A DNA stretch of 64,000 bases from Geosiphon pyriformis uo1 (GCA_016748015.1 JAAOMT010000675.1:868001-932000); one strand, 5' to 3'; counted from the stretch's first letter, positions 35,012 to 48,475 are shown. The notes: a model not told the origin generated them from the sequence alone. Translations and numbers: made by a program.

Positions 35012-35804
35012 TATTACTCATAAAATATAGAAAGTATATTAACAAATAAATTAGCCAATCAGAAGTAGCTGTAGTAAATGTAAAATTCTAGGATTTCTCT
35101 TAAAAGAATTGCAGGATTCCAGGAATTTCAGGATTCTCATACAAGGAATCACAGGATTCCAGAATTTCAAAATTTCTGGTGTGAAAAATTGAAGAATTGA
35201 GAAATCTCAATTATGTATATATAGCAGTAGTGTTAGAAGTAAAAAAAAATATATCTCTTAGTTTAGATTTAATCTAAGCAATTTTTCAATTCACAAATAT
35301 TAATAAAGAGTTATTTAATATCTTAATTTACTCTCCACTATCAACACTTTATGTTGATAATCTCAAATACTTGACCACACTAGAACAATAACTTTTAATC
35401 ATGAGTATTGATAAGATACTAACAATTATTGCCTTAGCTTATTTCTTTTATTTCATTTTATTTTCTGTGGTTATTTCTTTTGTGTATTACTAACTAGATT
35501 AAAAAGATTCATGTGCAGAGGTATTGATGTCAGAATATAGCACTGGTAAAAGACCCAGGAATAAGAGTAGACACTTAGAATTGAGGATAGCTTATTAGGA
35601 GGATTACCAGCCATTACGCTGAGAAAAAAATTGATGAAACTGCAGTTTTAGAAAGCTATAGATAAAAACAACCAATTATATTTCTGTCCATTATACAAAG
35701 AACTCTATAACAAAACCTTCAGATATCAACATACTAGAATACCACTTAAGCACCAAGTTATGGGTTGTTATTTGCTTTGAGACCACAAATAATCACTTGT
35801 AACA
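35012..35804 (+). repeat. E5 3' LTR (793 bp)
   Basis: Copy of 25871-26703 lacking one ~40-bp U3 repeat unit. Confidence 0.95.
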
Positions 35805-38191
35805 CTGACAATAATAATAACAAAAACAACAGTTCCAGCTCTGCTCAATATGGCAACAAAAATAACAACAATTCAGACTCTGATTTAAACCCCAAAATAT
35901 ATATTGTGCTTCCTAATCTCTCCAAGAAGCAGGAACTCAGATAGTTCAACAATAATAATGAAAGTATTATGCCAGAATGTGCACATGATACTGATGCTAG
36001 ATTTGATTTAAGATATCCAGGAAAAAATGCCATTAAATTGGAACCACATTTGCACACATACATTGATTACAAAATAGCATTAGAAATCCCAGCAACAACA
36101 ATAGTTTAACTAGCATCTAGAAGTAGCTTAGCAAAAAAAGAAATCAACATCAGAGAAGGAATAATTAATACAAAATATGTAGAAAATATTATTGTAATAC
36201 TACAAAATAAATCAGAAAAGATCTATATCATAGAGCCAAATAAAAAGATAGCACAGGCAATATTTTTGCTTCTGGTTATAATAGCTTAATTAGTATCAGT
36301 AGAAAACAGGGAAAAATTAGGGATTACAGCAAGAGGGATATAGAGTTTTAAATCCACAAGTAGAATAAATGTACTAGTTAATATGGCAGAGAAAGAAATT
36401 GTTGACAAAAAAAAATTATCTCCATCTGTCAAGCAATTTTCATTCCATCATATAACTAGTATATATTAACCATAGAAAAGAAAATGAAGGATCAGGTTCA
36501 GATTTTTAAGGCAGAAGCAACACTTTGTGAATCAGGTAAAATTGGATTAGTCAATCTACACATACCAGCCTAAAATCACAGTCATATCAAAATTTTTATT
36601 TATAATAACATGGGAAATATTATCGAGATACCAGAAGAAACCACTATTGGATATTTATTTACCAAAATTGAAGACCAACTGCCAAATACCATTCCAAATT
36701 TTTCACAACTGTGTGAATACATGGATATCATATCACAAATAATATATGAATAAAAAGAATGTTATCTACTCCAATCAGAACAATTGGAACAGATAAACTT
36801 AAGAAATCTAAACTCACTATAACATATGCAGCTCAAGATGTTACTTAACAACTTTAATGACATTTTTGCCAGCAAAAATGAATTTGACAAAACTGACATT
36901 ATTCAACATCAAATAAAAACTGGAGATACAATGCCAATTAAGCAAAAAACATACAAAGTACCACCAGCCAGCCATAAGATTATTTGTCAAGAAATCAATT
37001 AGATGCTTGACAATGAACTAATTCAGTCATTAATAAGTCTATGGTCATCATCAGTGGTACTAGTCCATAAGAAAAATAGAAAAATCTGCTTTTGTGTGGA
37101 TTACTGGAAACTGAATAGAGTGACCAAAGAAGATAGCTACCCAACACCAAAAATTCAAGAGCTGTTCGACATTTTTGGAAGAAAGAAATGGTTCTCAACT
37201 TTAGACTTAGACAGTGGTTACTGACAAGTAGCCATAAAATCAGAAGACAAGAAGAAAATGGCTTTTACAACTCAAAAAGAAAATTTCAAATTTGAAATAA
37301 TGCTATTTGGTTTAATGAATACCCCTGTCATATTTCAACAACTCATGAAAATTGTCTATACTGGACTATTATAGAAGTCAATAGTCGTATATTTGGATGA
37401 CACCAATGTGTTCTTCAAGACATTTGATGAACATTTACATTATTTTCAACAAGTATTTGAAAGACTAAGAAAAGCTGGATTAAAATTAAATACAACTAAG
37501 TGCTTCTTTGGAAAAACTAAACTCAAATTTTTGGGATATGTTGTAAGCAAAGATAATATCAAAATGGATCTGAATAAGATTGCAATATTAAAGAACTTTT
37601 CAATACCAACTAATTTGATAGAACTAAGAGCATTTTTGGAATTTGCAGGCTATTATTGCTATTTTATTAAGAATTTTTCTAAACTGGCTCAGCCACTCTA
37701 TTATTTACAAACCAAAAATGTAAAGTATGAATGGACAAAAGCTCAACAAAAGGCATTTAACACACTAAGAAGAAAGCTTATTTAAGCTCCAATATTAATG
37801 TATCCAGATTACAGCAAACTATTCATTATCACCACTAATGCATCAGGCCGAGCATTGGGAGCAGTACTATTTCAGAAAGGACCAGATAAAAGAAAACATT
37901 CATTAGCATATACTAGTCACAGCTTAAGTCCAGCAGAAAAAAACTATGGAACTCCAGTGCTAGAACACTTAGCTATCTATTGGGCTGTCATAAAATAGAA
38001 AAAATACTTGAGTCAGAAGTTTGACATATACACTGATCATAAAGAATTAATTTCAATTTAGAAGCAAAAATTTAGAGACAATTGCCATGTTAGATAAAAA
38101 ATAGAACTTTTACCATTTAATTATACAGTATATTACAAAAAAATAAGAAAATAGAAATGCCGACAGTTTGTTGTAAATAAAACAAATTTAA
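35805..38191 (+). pseudogene. pol: E4 dUTPase-RT-RNaseH (continuation after E5), decayed
   Basis: DARFDL and ASRSSL (about 35970-36360); FSTLDLDSGY; VYLDDT; TNASGRALGAVL; terminal TAA at 38189-38191. Confidence 0.92.
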
Positions 38192-38223
38192 AAACATTTC
38201 AAACCCAAAAATATAACAAAAAA

Positions 38224-39014
38224 ATAAATATACAAAAATACTAACAACTACAACATTATATAAATACCCAATTGTTCAAGGAGAAATTATCTCAGAAAGA
38301 ACAAAATAACATAAAACAACAATCAAAATATTTTATTAACCATCACAATATACTTTACCAGAAGAACAAAAGAAATCCAGATTAACTAACCAGAGTAATT
38401 ACAGAACCAGAGAAAGAAACAATATTGTTCAATATGCACTCAGATCCAACAGCAGGACATTTTTACAAAGAAGCAACCATGGAAAGAATCAGAAAAAAAT
38501 ACTATTGGCCATCAATATATCTAGATATTATTCAATATGTTCAAAATTGTGATGCTTGTCAAAAAAGAGGTGGAACAAAATCCAGTAAACCATTAAGACC
38601 AATCAAAGTGGGACAACCATTCAATTGCATTGGAATTGATCTAGTTAGACTATTAAAAATAACCAGCAAAAGCAACAGATATATTGTAACAGCCATAGAT
38701 TATCTCACAAAATGACCAGAAACAAGAGCCATTCAAAGAGCAGATGCAAAATCCATTGCCAAATTCGTTTATTAAGATGTAATCTGTCAACATAGATGTC
38801 CAAAAAAACTATTATCAGATCAAGGAATTTACTTTGTAAATAGAACATTAGCAGAATTAAGTCAAAGATTTGGAATAAAAAAGACCATTATTATTATCAT
38901 ACCATCTACAAACAAATGGATTAGTTAAAAGATTTAACAGAACATTGTGTGAAGCAATTGCCAAAATCAGCCAAAAAAACCAGAATAAATAAGATTTGTT
39001 TATATCATTAGTAT
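38224..39014 (+). pseudogene. int: E4 integrase, truncated by E6 insertion
   Basis: HSDPTAGH..CDACQK; GIDLV; IDYLTK; RFNRTL; stops at the E6 LTR. Confidence 0.9.
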
Positions 39015-39733
39015 TGTTATGGTTGAAACTTATACTTTTTATTAATTATCACATGTATTAGCCACTGATGTTATATAAATTAACCACTTTATTTTTAAAA
39101 AGTGATCATTAACTTGATCAATAATCTGACTATTGACTTAATTATTGACCTAATCAATAACCTGATTATTGACCTGATCATTAACCTGATCATTGACCTG
39201 ATTATTGACCACTTTTGATAGCTTTATAAGCAATAAATCTCTTAGCTGTAGAAAAGTATATAAGAATCAAAAAAATAAAAATAACAACTTTTATCTTAAT
39301 TATTCTCTTATTACTAAATTCTTTTTCCTTACCTTCAAGTATCTAAACATTTTGGGATAAAAGATCACTTGTTGGTTATTTCTTACTTTTTCCTAAAACA
39401 TATAATTGCAGCATTTAAAAATTATTGAATAAAACGTGACTGAAGAGTACATCTGATACCTAATATTGAATTCTAAGAATACCAACATAAAACATAGAAT
39501 TATATCAGTATGTAATTATTTGTTGACAGTACAGACTATTTTTCTACCTTCAGATTCTCTGGTTATCTTTTGAAAAGTATAGTGACTGAGATATTTTATA
39601 AGACTGATCTTGCACATTGAATTCATACTCATTCAATTCACTCTTTGAAGTTAAATTCTCTTTGATTTTTTTTATCACCCTACAATCTTGTTTTTCCTTG
39701 CTATCTGTTAGCTTATTACTCTAACCCATAACA
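39015..39733 (+). repeat. E6 5' LTR
   Basis: TGTTATGG...CCATAACA; nine 12-bp TGATCATTGACC units at 39103-39210. Confidence 0.92.
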
Positions 39734-39739
39734 TAAAAG

Positions 39740-39757
39740 TGGTGCTCTCTGTAAGGT
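39740..39757 (+). promoter_or_regulatory. E6 primer binding site TGGTGCTCTCTGTAAGGT
   Basis: Same primer type as family alpha, but 6 nt (TAAAAG) from the LTR end. Confidence 0.82.
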
Positions 39758-39785
39758 TGTCAAAATCCACTTTGTTTTCTATTGT

Positions 39786-42700
39786 ATAGATGATTATTTA
39801 TACCTGCCACAACAATCAGAAGAACACTTTGAAGCACACAACAAAAATAATCTAGACTTTATTGAACTCAATTTTTTGCCCTCTTGCTTGATTTGCTTCC
39901 CCATTAAAAAACAATCCAGCAGACAATTCCAAGACTTTTGGAACTGGTTCTTGAATGAGCATTTAACTGAAACCTACACAGTTTATACAACCTATTACTT
40001 TGACCAAGCTTATTTTGAAGACAACTTTGAAAAAAGAAACAACAGTATCAATCAGCTCTTATATTCTACAATTTTTGAACAACAGTTCTCTAATTTCGAA
40101 TATCTGAATCATCAAATCCACATTTGGATTGCTGCCCATCAATCAACTGAAACTTCTCTTGAAATAAAAGAAGAAAGCTATCAAACCACTCCTGTTTTTG
40201 ATCTTTTTTCAAGTAAATCAAAACACTCCACACAAACAGTTACACCTAAACCAATGGCTTAAGACCTTCTGCAACAAAACATTCTGATCACTTTTCAAGA
40301 TATACAGACTGCTTTAGGGTAAAGAAACAACACCTTATTACTATTATTTAGAGATGATGCCCAAGATCCAATTAAATGGCTGGATGATTTTGAAAGAACT
40401 GCCACAGCAAACCAATATGATAATGAATACAAGTTTCAAATCATTGGTGACTACCTCCAAAACTCTTCTGCTACTTGGTTCTTACAAGAAACCAATACTA
40501 ATGCTCAGCAAAAAATCATTAGATAGACACCAGCAAATGCTAGAGAAGATAATATCTCTTTTACTACCTGGTTTGAAACAAAATTTAAAACTCTTATCTT
40601 GATATCCAAATGACATATGGAGTTGGAAAAAAGAACCCAAGACCCAAGAGAAATAGTAACTGAATATGCTAAAGTCATTAGAAAACTAATTAAGCATATA
40701 GACTCTGATAAAAATTGAACAGAAGAGCAAAAAATTTATTTCTTTACAAAAGAATTGAGAACTGACCTTTCATATGCTCTTTGGCCCTTCCTGGCTCTGA
40801 AAGATAATCTCACAATGGATATGGCCATTGAACTTGCCCAGAGAATAGAAGACAACCAAAGAATGCACTTAGAATTTACTCTTTTAGTTTTTGCTCCTGC
40901 TTCTGCCATGGTTCCAGCTCCACAAATGGCTGCTACCTCTTTTGTCACTCATACTTAAGATCCCAATAAACAATTAATAGACAGACTTACTGCTAACTTT
41001 GTTCAGTTATTAGAATCATTAACCCAAGCAGTCAGAGACAACCAGCAACCCCAAAGACTCAGATTTAAACTCTGCTTCAATCAGCTCCAACAACCATCAT
41101 ATTAAAGACAACAAAATAGTGGCCCACCAATGTGCTATTATTGTGAACTAACTGGACACTTTTCCAAAGACTGTAACAATTCTCCATTGTCCTCTCCAGC
41201 TCCTAAAAATAATAACACCCAGAATAACAAACCCAACAATAATAATGTTTCCAATCAAAGACCCAATCATGCCAACATCAATTTTTTTGGAGAAGATCCC
41301 TTAGTTGAAGTTATTATTTATTAGCCTTTAAACTGGTAGGTGCATTTCCAAAAAGTAAGAGTGTAAGCCAACCAGAAGAAAACTCCTTTTACATCTTTAA
41401 CCTAACTGATGATAATCATGATATGGATGAACTGGCAATCAATGCCTCTGACTTAACAAGAAAGAAGAAAAAAGCCAAGATTGATTTCATTCTAGATCTC
41501 AACAAAGTCTCAACTTCCACTGCTGACAACAATGAGCCACCAAAGACTAAAGTTTTTAAAAATTCTCCAAAGTTAGAACCTCCAGAAATAGTACAAAAAT
41601 CTGGCCTCTATTTTGTTGTTAAAGATTTTATAGAAACCCCAGCACATATTACATTTGGCCAACTAATGATTTATCTATAGTTCAGAAAAAATTTTTGCAA
41701 ATTATTGATACCAAAAAAAAGACACCAAAAACCAATAAGCATTCTTGTTAAGCTGGATTTCCTAACAACAACAATATTACTCCTCTGATTTGCAAAGCCC
41801 AAGTAGCTGGCTACTTTATTGATTTAATTCTAGACAGTGAATCATCTGTTAGTGTAATTGCCAAACACTTTCTAAAAGCCATTGGAAGAAAGATTGATAA
41901 ACCTTCTACCCAGCTTATAACCAATGTACATGGTAACAAAAAAAAAAGCCTGAGTATAGCCAAAGCTGTTTCTGTTTGTATCAATGATATTAGCATCAAA
42001 ACAAACATAGAAGTATCTGAAGCAAAAGAGTATACTATTATTGTTAGTAATGAGTGGCTTAAGAAAGTCAAAGCACTACTTGACTATGAACTTTGTGAGC
42101 TAACCATTAGATGTGGTAAGAAACCCATTGTGGTTAAATGCCATCATTGGACAACTTCTCTAGTAACCAAATAGAACCAAGAAAAACAATCAGATAAATC
42201 AGATGATGATGAGAATGATAATAAAAAAGATCAAGAAGAACAAAAAGAAACTGTTGAACTCACTTATACTATCTTCACCAGCAATGACAAGCCACTGGAC
42301 AATATTAAAGCTAACAAAAAAGGAATCATAGTAAATGGCAAGCTAATCTGCTGGCCCTACTATGACATCCTCAGAAGAATCTTTGATAGAAAACCTGGCA
42401 AGAAAGCCAAATACAGCTATTGGTGGCATGGTTTTTGTGCCAGGTGCTGGTGTAATAAACCTTTGTATTTTCCTAATAATAAATGCAAGTCTTGCCTAAT
42501 TTATTACAAAGATTGGGAGCCAATTAGTTTAATACCTAGAGAAGAACTAAAAGAAGTATAAAAGTTCTTTAAGAGTGAACCACCTGAAATTTAATTCCTA
42601 GTTGTAGAACAAAGAGAATCTTCCTCTAAAAAAAGAAAAGTGAACATTGAAAATCTGTTGGCTAAAAATGGCCCAGTTATTTCAAAAAAAGATGATACCC

Positions 42701-44001
42701 TTGGATGAATTCATATGATACAACACACCACAAAAGAAACTTGTCCCATCTATTTGAAGCCTTATCAATCCAATCAATACAATAATGAATTTATCAAGAA
42801 AAAGATAAACAGGATAAAAAATCTTGGATTCATACAAAAAACCAAGAGTGAATAGGCTTTTCCAGTTGTAGTGGTATCCAAGAAAGATAGAACCCTATGC
42901 TTCTGTGTTGGCTATTGCCAACTAAATGTCATCACTATAAAAAACATGTACCCACTTCCCAAAATTGATACAATGCTAGATAAATTCAATGGTGCTGCTT
43001 TCTTCTCAACTATTGACTTAATTGCTGGATTCTGGCAAGTAGAGATAGATTCAGAAAGCAGAAAGAAAACTGCCTTTATCACCAAGTATAGCATTTATGA
43101 ATTCACAGTCATGTCTTTTGGTCTTACCAATGTTCCTCCCACCTTTTAATGTCTAATGGATAAAGTGTTTAAATCAGTAAAAAAAAACTTTGTTCTGGTT
43201 TACTTAGATAACATAATAGTATATTCAAAAACCTGGGATAAACATCTTAAATATTTACAGAAGGTTTTTGATCTGTTCAGAAATGCTGGTTTTAAAATCA
43301 ACCCAATCAAATCTTTCTTTAGATGCCAATCTACCCAGTTCCTTGGTCATCTTATTACAAAAGATAGAATCTTCCCTGACCCAGTTAAAGTTGAAAAAGT
43401 TCAAAACATTAGACAACTAATAAATGTTCCTAAACTATGCTCTTTCCTTGGTTTGGTCTCTTTCTATTGCAAATTTATCAAAGATTTCTCCAAAATTGCC
43501 TTTTCTTTCAATCAGCTGCTCAAAAAAAATGTCAATTATTACTGGGGCACTCATCAACAAAAAGCTTTTGAAATTCTAAAAGAAAAACTTATTACTGAAC
43601 CAATTCTCAAGCAACCTAATCTGGACTAACCTTTTATCTTTTACACTGGCTATGGACTTAGTGCTGTTCTTTTACAGAAAAATGAAAATGGCAGAGAATA
43701 TGCCATAGCATATGCTAGTAGATCTCTTACACCAGCAGAAAAAAACTATTCAGTTACTGAACAAGAATGTCTAGCAGTAGTTTGGGCTACTAGCTATTGG
43801 GATCAATATCTTCTTGGTGCAAAATTTTTAGTAGTAATAGATCATCAAGCCTTGGTTTGGCTGCACAATAAAAAGAAGCTAGAACACAAACAAATAACTT
43901 GCTGGATATTCCACTTAAATGAATTCGACTATAATATTCAATACTACAAAGAAGCAAATCATTAAAACACTGATGCTCTTTCTAGACTTATCATCTAGTA
44001 A
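39786..44001 (+). pseudogene. gag-pol: E6 Gag-PR-RT-RNaseH polyprotein, decayed (start uncertain)
   Basis: Gag fragments at 39876, 40755 and 41130; protease about 41820; RT FSTIDLIAGFWQV and VYLDNII; ends DALSRL.. with stop at 43996-44001. Confidence 0.92.
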
Positions 44002-44065
44002 TTGTACAATCTCTTAAACCAAACCAACTTAATTATTAGTAACTTCTTCACAAACAAACACGATA

Positions 44066-45403
44066 ATGGACTTGGACAACTACTCTGCCTTAATAGAATT
44101 TTTGAATAAAGAACAATACCCACCAGAATACACTTAACAGCAAAGAAAACATTTGTGCAAACAATCAAATTTCTATTTAATCTGCCAAAACCAATTATAT
44201 AAAAGAAACAAAAAAGATCCTGACTGTTTCCAAAAAGAAATTGTAATATACAACATGCACACTGACCCATTAACTAGACACTTTAGAAAAACAAAGACAA
44301 TTCAAAAAACTTTAGCTCGCTATTATTAGCCTACTTTGGAAAAGAACATTGCTGAATACATCAAAACCTGTAACATTTGCCAAAGAAGAAGCAAACCCAA
44401 TTGCAAAGAAGATATCTATTTAATCTTTGTTGGTTAATCATTTGACAGAATTAGTATAAATGTTGTTAGACTTTTAACAATAACTTTTGATGACAACAGA
44501 TACATTATTACAGCTACTGACTATCTTACAAAGTAGGTAAAAGCAAGAGCCATTCCAGACCAAATAACAGTCTTAATAGCCAATTTCATTTATAAAGATA
44601 TCATCTGTCATTATGGCTGCCCCAAAAAACTTTTATCTGATAGAAAAAAAGCTTTTCTTAATACACTGGTTGAAGAACTTTGTAGAAAAATAAGAATATA
44701 TTATAAACTTTCTTCCCTTTATCACCCCCAAACAAATGGCCTAGTAGAACATTTTAATAGAACACTATATAAAACCCTAGCCAAAACCAGTAAAGAAACA
44801 AATTTATGAAACAAAGTACTGTCTTTAGCTTTGTTTGCTTATAGAACTGTGAATTATGACATAACAAGTTATGAATCTTTTTATCTGCTCTATGAACACA
44901 TGGCAACACTACCAATAGAAACTGACATTGAAACAATACCCTTTGAAGAGATCACAACAGAAAATTACAAAGACATTTTGCAAAGAAAACTTGGTACCAT
45001 TTTTGACTTCTTGGTAGAAGCATGAATAATTGCTTTTAAAAAAATAAAACAGTTTTAAGAAAAGCTTAAGAAAAAAAAAACCTATAAAACACTTTTTTTA
45101 AGTGTTGGTAATTTGGTACTAGAATACCGTTCTGACAGAAACAATGTTTATGATAATAAATTCTCTAGCCGATGGAAAGGACCCTTTATAGTCAACAAAG
45201 TTTTGAACAACAGTTTTTATATTCTTCAAGATCAATCTAGAACAATCTTCAATGATCATCTTGTTCATAATACATGACTCAAAAAATATCATAAATGATC
45301 TGATTGGCTGTCTGTTGTGGTAATATTGACTCAAATAATCAGCAAAAATCAAGTAGAAATAAATGCACTATTCCCAAAACAGAGGTATCTTCAATCAACA
45401 TAA
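44066..45403 (+). pseudogene. int: E6 integrase (separate ORF with intact ATG)
   Basis: MDLDNYSALIEFL start; CNICQRR; YHPQTNGLVEHFNRTL; RWKGPF. Confidence 0.92.
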
Positions 45404-46056
45404 ACAATTATTTTCTGGATCAAAACATTCAAAACACTTTCTATACTCTCCATAAGTATTGGATCAAAAACTATTCAAATGCTACTTTGATCATTGGAAA
45501 ACAAATTACCATAACTAATAACAGTAGAACACATACTGTTATTAGACCAAAAAAAACTACTACCAAAAGAGAAAAAATTGGTAGTAAAATAGATAAATAT
45601 CTGTTGGAAAGTATAACAGCAGCTATATTCCCACTTTTTAACACAATTGAAAAAACACTTCAAGAAATCTTACTCATAGACAAAAACTTGTCATATGGAA
45701 AACAATTAGAACTCTATAGTCACTTTGGTAAAATCATAGAGGATATGAAACTCATGAAAAAAACAACTTTAGAGATACAGGCAGAAATTTTGAGCATTAT
45801 ATGGTTAGATATCCCAAGAGTTTTAACTATTGCTAAAAGAACCAAAACTCTAATACAAAGATTTGGTTTCTTGGATACAAAACTCATTTCGCCTTAAGTG
45901 TTATATACCTTATCCACAAAAAACTTCAACAAACTAGTTAGCTTTGAGTTAGATAAAACCCTTCAAATAGATTACATCATAAATAGCTTGATTTTGCCAG
46001 AGCTCAATCTCTTTAGAGAGAATGATGTTACAGTTGAAACTTATACTTCTTATTAA
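45400..46056 (+). pseudogene. E6 ORF3, unknown accessory protein; one internal stop; reads into the 3' LTR (start uncertain)
   Basis: Long open frame (ORF track 45304-45897) with LELYSHFG..IAKRTKTLI..ISP*VLYTLSTKNFNKL; continues to TAA at 46054-46056. Confidence 0.72.
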
Positions 46057-46589
46057 TTATCACATGTATTAGCCACTGATGTCATATAAATTAGCCATTC
46101 TATTTTTAGAAAGTGATCATTAATCTGGTTATTGACTTGATCATTAACCACTTTTGATAGCTATATAAACAATAAATCTCTTAGCTGTAAAAAAGTATGT
46201 AAGAATCAAAAAAATAAAAGAAATAAAAATAATAACTTTCATTTCAATCATTTTCTTATTGCTAAATTTCTTTTCTCTACTTTCAAGTATCTAAACATCT
46301 TGGGATAAAAAATCACTTGTTGATTATTTCCTACCTTTTCCTAAAATGTGTAATTGCAGCATTTGAAGATTATTGAATAAAACATGATTGAAAAGTACAT
46401 CTAATATCTGATATTGAATTCTAAAAGTGCCAACATGAGACATAGAATTATACCAGTATATAATTATTTGTTAACAGTATGGACTATTTCTTTATCTTTA
46501 AATTTTCTGGTTATTTTTTGAAAAGTATAGCAACTGAAATATTTTATGAGACTGATCTCACACATTGAATTCATACTTATTCAATTCAC
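46026..46589 (+). repeat. E6 3' LTR, interrupted by E7
   Basis: Copy of the 5' LTR up to ..TTCAATTCAC; preceded by PPT AGAGAGAA; only three 12-bp units (46114-46149). Confidence 0.92.
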
Positions 46590-47643
46590 TGTTATGAGTA
46601 TACTTGGTGGAGTTAGAAGATAGTAACATTTGGTGCTCTCAATTATTAGTAAGGCATGTTTCATGTAATTTTACTGGCTTAGTCTTGATTATCAGTCTCT
46701 GAAAATCTTCTTTACTGGTTGTGAATTTACCTGTTGAGTTCTTTGGTTATAAGGCACAGAGTTTTGGTTCTCACTGATTACAACTTCTTATAAAGATGCT
46801 TTTTTTTCTGAACTAACAAGCACAGTCATTAGGGTCTGGTATTGTCTTTTTGCCTTTCTAATAAGCTATCAAGATAACATTAATATCTAAAAACCTAGAA
46901 AGAGCTTTCTTCTTTTATCAGGCTATCACAAAGTCTATTCCCAGACAGTTGATTTTACTATGTTGCTACTTTACAAAAGAATAAAAAAAATAAATAAAAA
47001 AAAAATAAAAAATAAAAGAAAGAAAAATAAAAGAAAAAAAGAAATAAAAAAAATTAGTATCATCAATCACCATAATCAAGAGCAATTGGTCCAAATTGTT
47101 AATAGTTTAAGGTAGTTATGCTAAGAGCATTTGTTCTGGAACAAAGGTATGACACAATGGTTAATTCACATAAATTTCACAAAGTTTAAGAACATAAATT
47201 TGTGATTTTGATTTTTTGATAATTGATTTTATTTCAAAAGATGAAGATGGAATAGAATAAATAATGGAAGGGGTAAGAATATTTAATTCTTATCTAGTAG
47301 TTCATATCTATCTGTCTTTTTTCTACCTTTTATAACTACTCACTTATATACATTTTTTTTGGTTTTACAAGATTGCTTCTGATTGTTTCATTATTGCTAA
47401 CTATTGGTTTATTATTTCTGTTATTGCTTTGTTCTTCTACATTATTACTAGTTATCTTATATTATAACACATTATCTAGTGTTATTATATGTTATTCTGT
47501 GTTATCCTATATTATAACACGTTATTCTGCACTATTCTAAGTTATAATGTGTTATCCAACATTATTGCACACTATTCTGTATTATGTTATATTCTGATTA
47601 CGTTTCTTTATAACTTTGGATTGGTTTTTCTACTTGGGTAACA
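46590..47643 (-). repeat. E7 3' LTR (about 1054 bp)
   Basis: TGTTA/TAACA termini; follows PPT AAAAAGAAAGAGA; ~10-bp GTGTTAT-type repeats at about 47445-47600; partner LTR not in window. Confidence 0.82.
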
Positions 47644-47659
47644 TTATCTCTTTCTTTTT

Positions 47660-48470
47660 AGAATTGAGCTCCTGCGAAATCATATGTATCTGTTCCTGTA
47701 TTTTCATTTGTGTAATGTTCAATGGTTGTGTTAAGTATTATTTTTTATAAGTTTTTGAACTGTTGATTGGTAATTCATCTTATGTTGTTAATTATTATTG
47801 TCTTTATAGATCCATATAACAGTACATTTGGACAATATTAGAAAGCAGTGTATAGTCAATATGCTGCTTTGTAATGTAAGATCAGGTTGCTTCTTTCTAC
47901 AAATTTTTTTACTTGTTGCATTGCTTCTTTGTTGAAAGTTTTCTGGCTAAAGTCTCCATATAATGTTTTTAAGTCTAATTGTTTACCCATTTTGTAGAAC
48001 CAATAAGCTGGGGGAAGTTTTTTTTTTCATTTCTTTGCATTGTCTGGTGTCTATTCTCCTGTTTTAGAGAGATTGATCTTATGAGCTAAAGCTTCTTTGA
48101 TTTTTTCCAGCTCAGAGACCAAGTATCTTTTTTTATAACCTTTTTCTCATTTTTCCATTCTTTTTTCAAGCCTTGTCCAAGATGATTTAATTCTTTTTTG
48201 TAAAATTTCTTTCTTGAGTGGAGTGTAGGAATGAAAACAGTTAGTTTTAGTTAAACTTACGTTCATCTTTTTCTTGCTTCTATCTTTATAGCATATTTTT
48301 TTTTTATCAATTGTCACTTCTATTTGAGTAGAAGATTGTTGAATTGCATTAAATAGTTGTTTCAAAAGTTGTAGAATTTGATCTGACAAGTTTATGTTGA
48401 AAGTTCTATTATTTCTTGCTGTTTTTTGGATGCTATATATATTTGAATTTCCTAATTTAATTTGCTGCAT
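47660..48470 (-). pseudogene. E7 ORF3, unknown accessory protein
   Basis: ATG at 48470, 5 nt after the integrase stop; YWFYKMG..YKAAY*LYTAF*YCPNVL..TITINNIR*ITNQQFKNL. Confidence 0.7.
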
Positions 48471-48475
48471 GTTGT

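Larger units (their letters stand above)
25871..35804 (+). mobile_element. E5: full-length family alpha element nested in E4
   Basis: LTRs 25871-26703 and 35012-35804; PBS at 26706; PPT; decayed 4-bp TSD TTAA / CTGA; host reading frame resumes after it. Confidence 0.97.
21367..39014 (+). mobile_element. E4: family alpha element (21367-25870 and 35805-39014), split by E5 and cut in integrase by E6
   Basis: 5' LTR, PBS, gag, protease and Cys-rich region, then seamless continuation after 35804 with dUTPase, RT, RNase H and integrase. Confidence 0.93.
39015..46589 (+). mobile_element. E6: near-complete family gamma element (no dUTPase); 3' LTR interrupted by E7
   Basis: LTRs 39015-39733 and 46026-46589; PBS at 39740; gag, CYYCELTGHFSKDC, LILDSESSVSVI, RT, RNase H, integrase, ORF3. 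Confidence 0.95.

Noticed and set aside
38940-39014. Integrase core as an insertion hotspot (E6 here, solo LTR at 18705)
   Set aside because: Only two events, about 45 nt apart in different host families; compatible with chance.
45304-45897. ORF3 as an envelope gene
   Set aside because: It is short and hydrophilic, with no visible signal peptide, fusion peptide or transmembrane anchor.
46590-46640. A separate plus-strand mini-element with a 39-bp LTR plus PBS
   Set aside because: No second mini-LTR or internal region follows; the sequence fits better as the U5 tip of the minus-strand E7 LTR.
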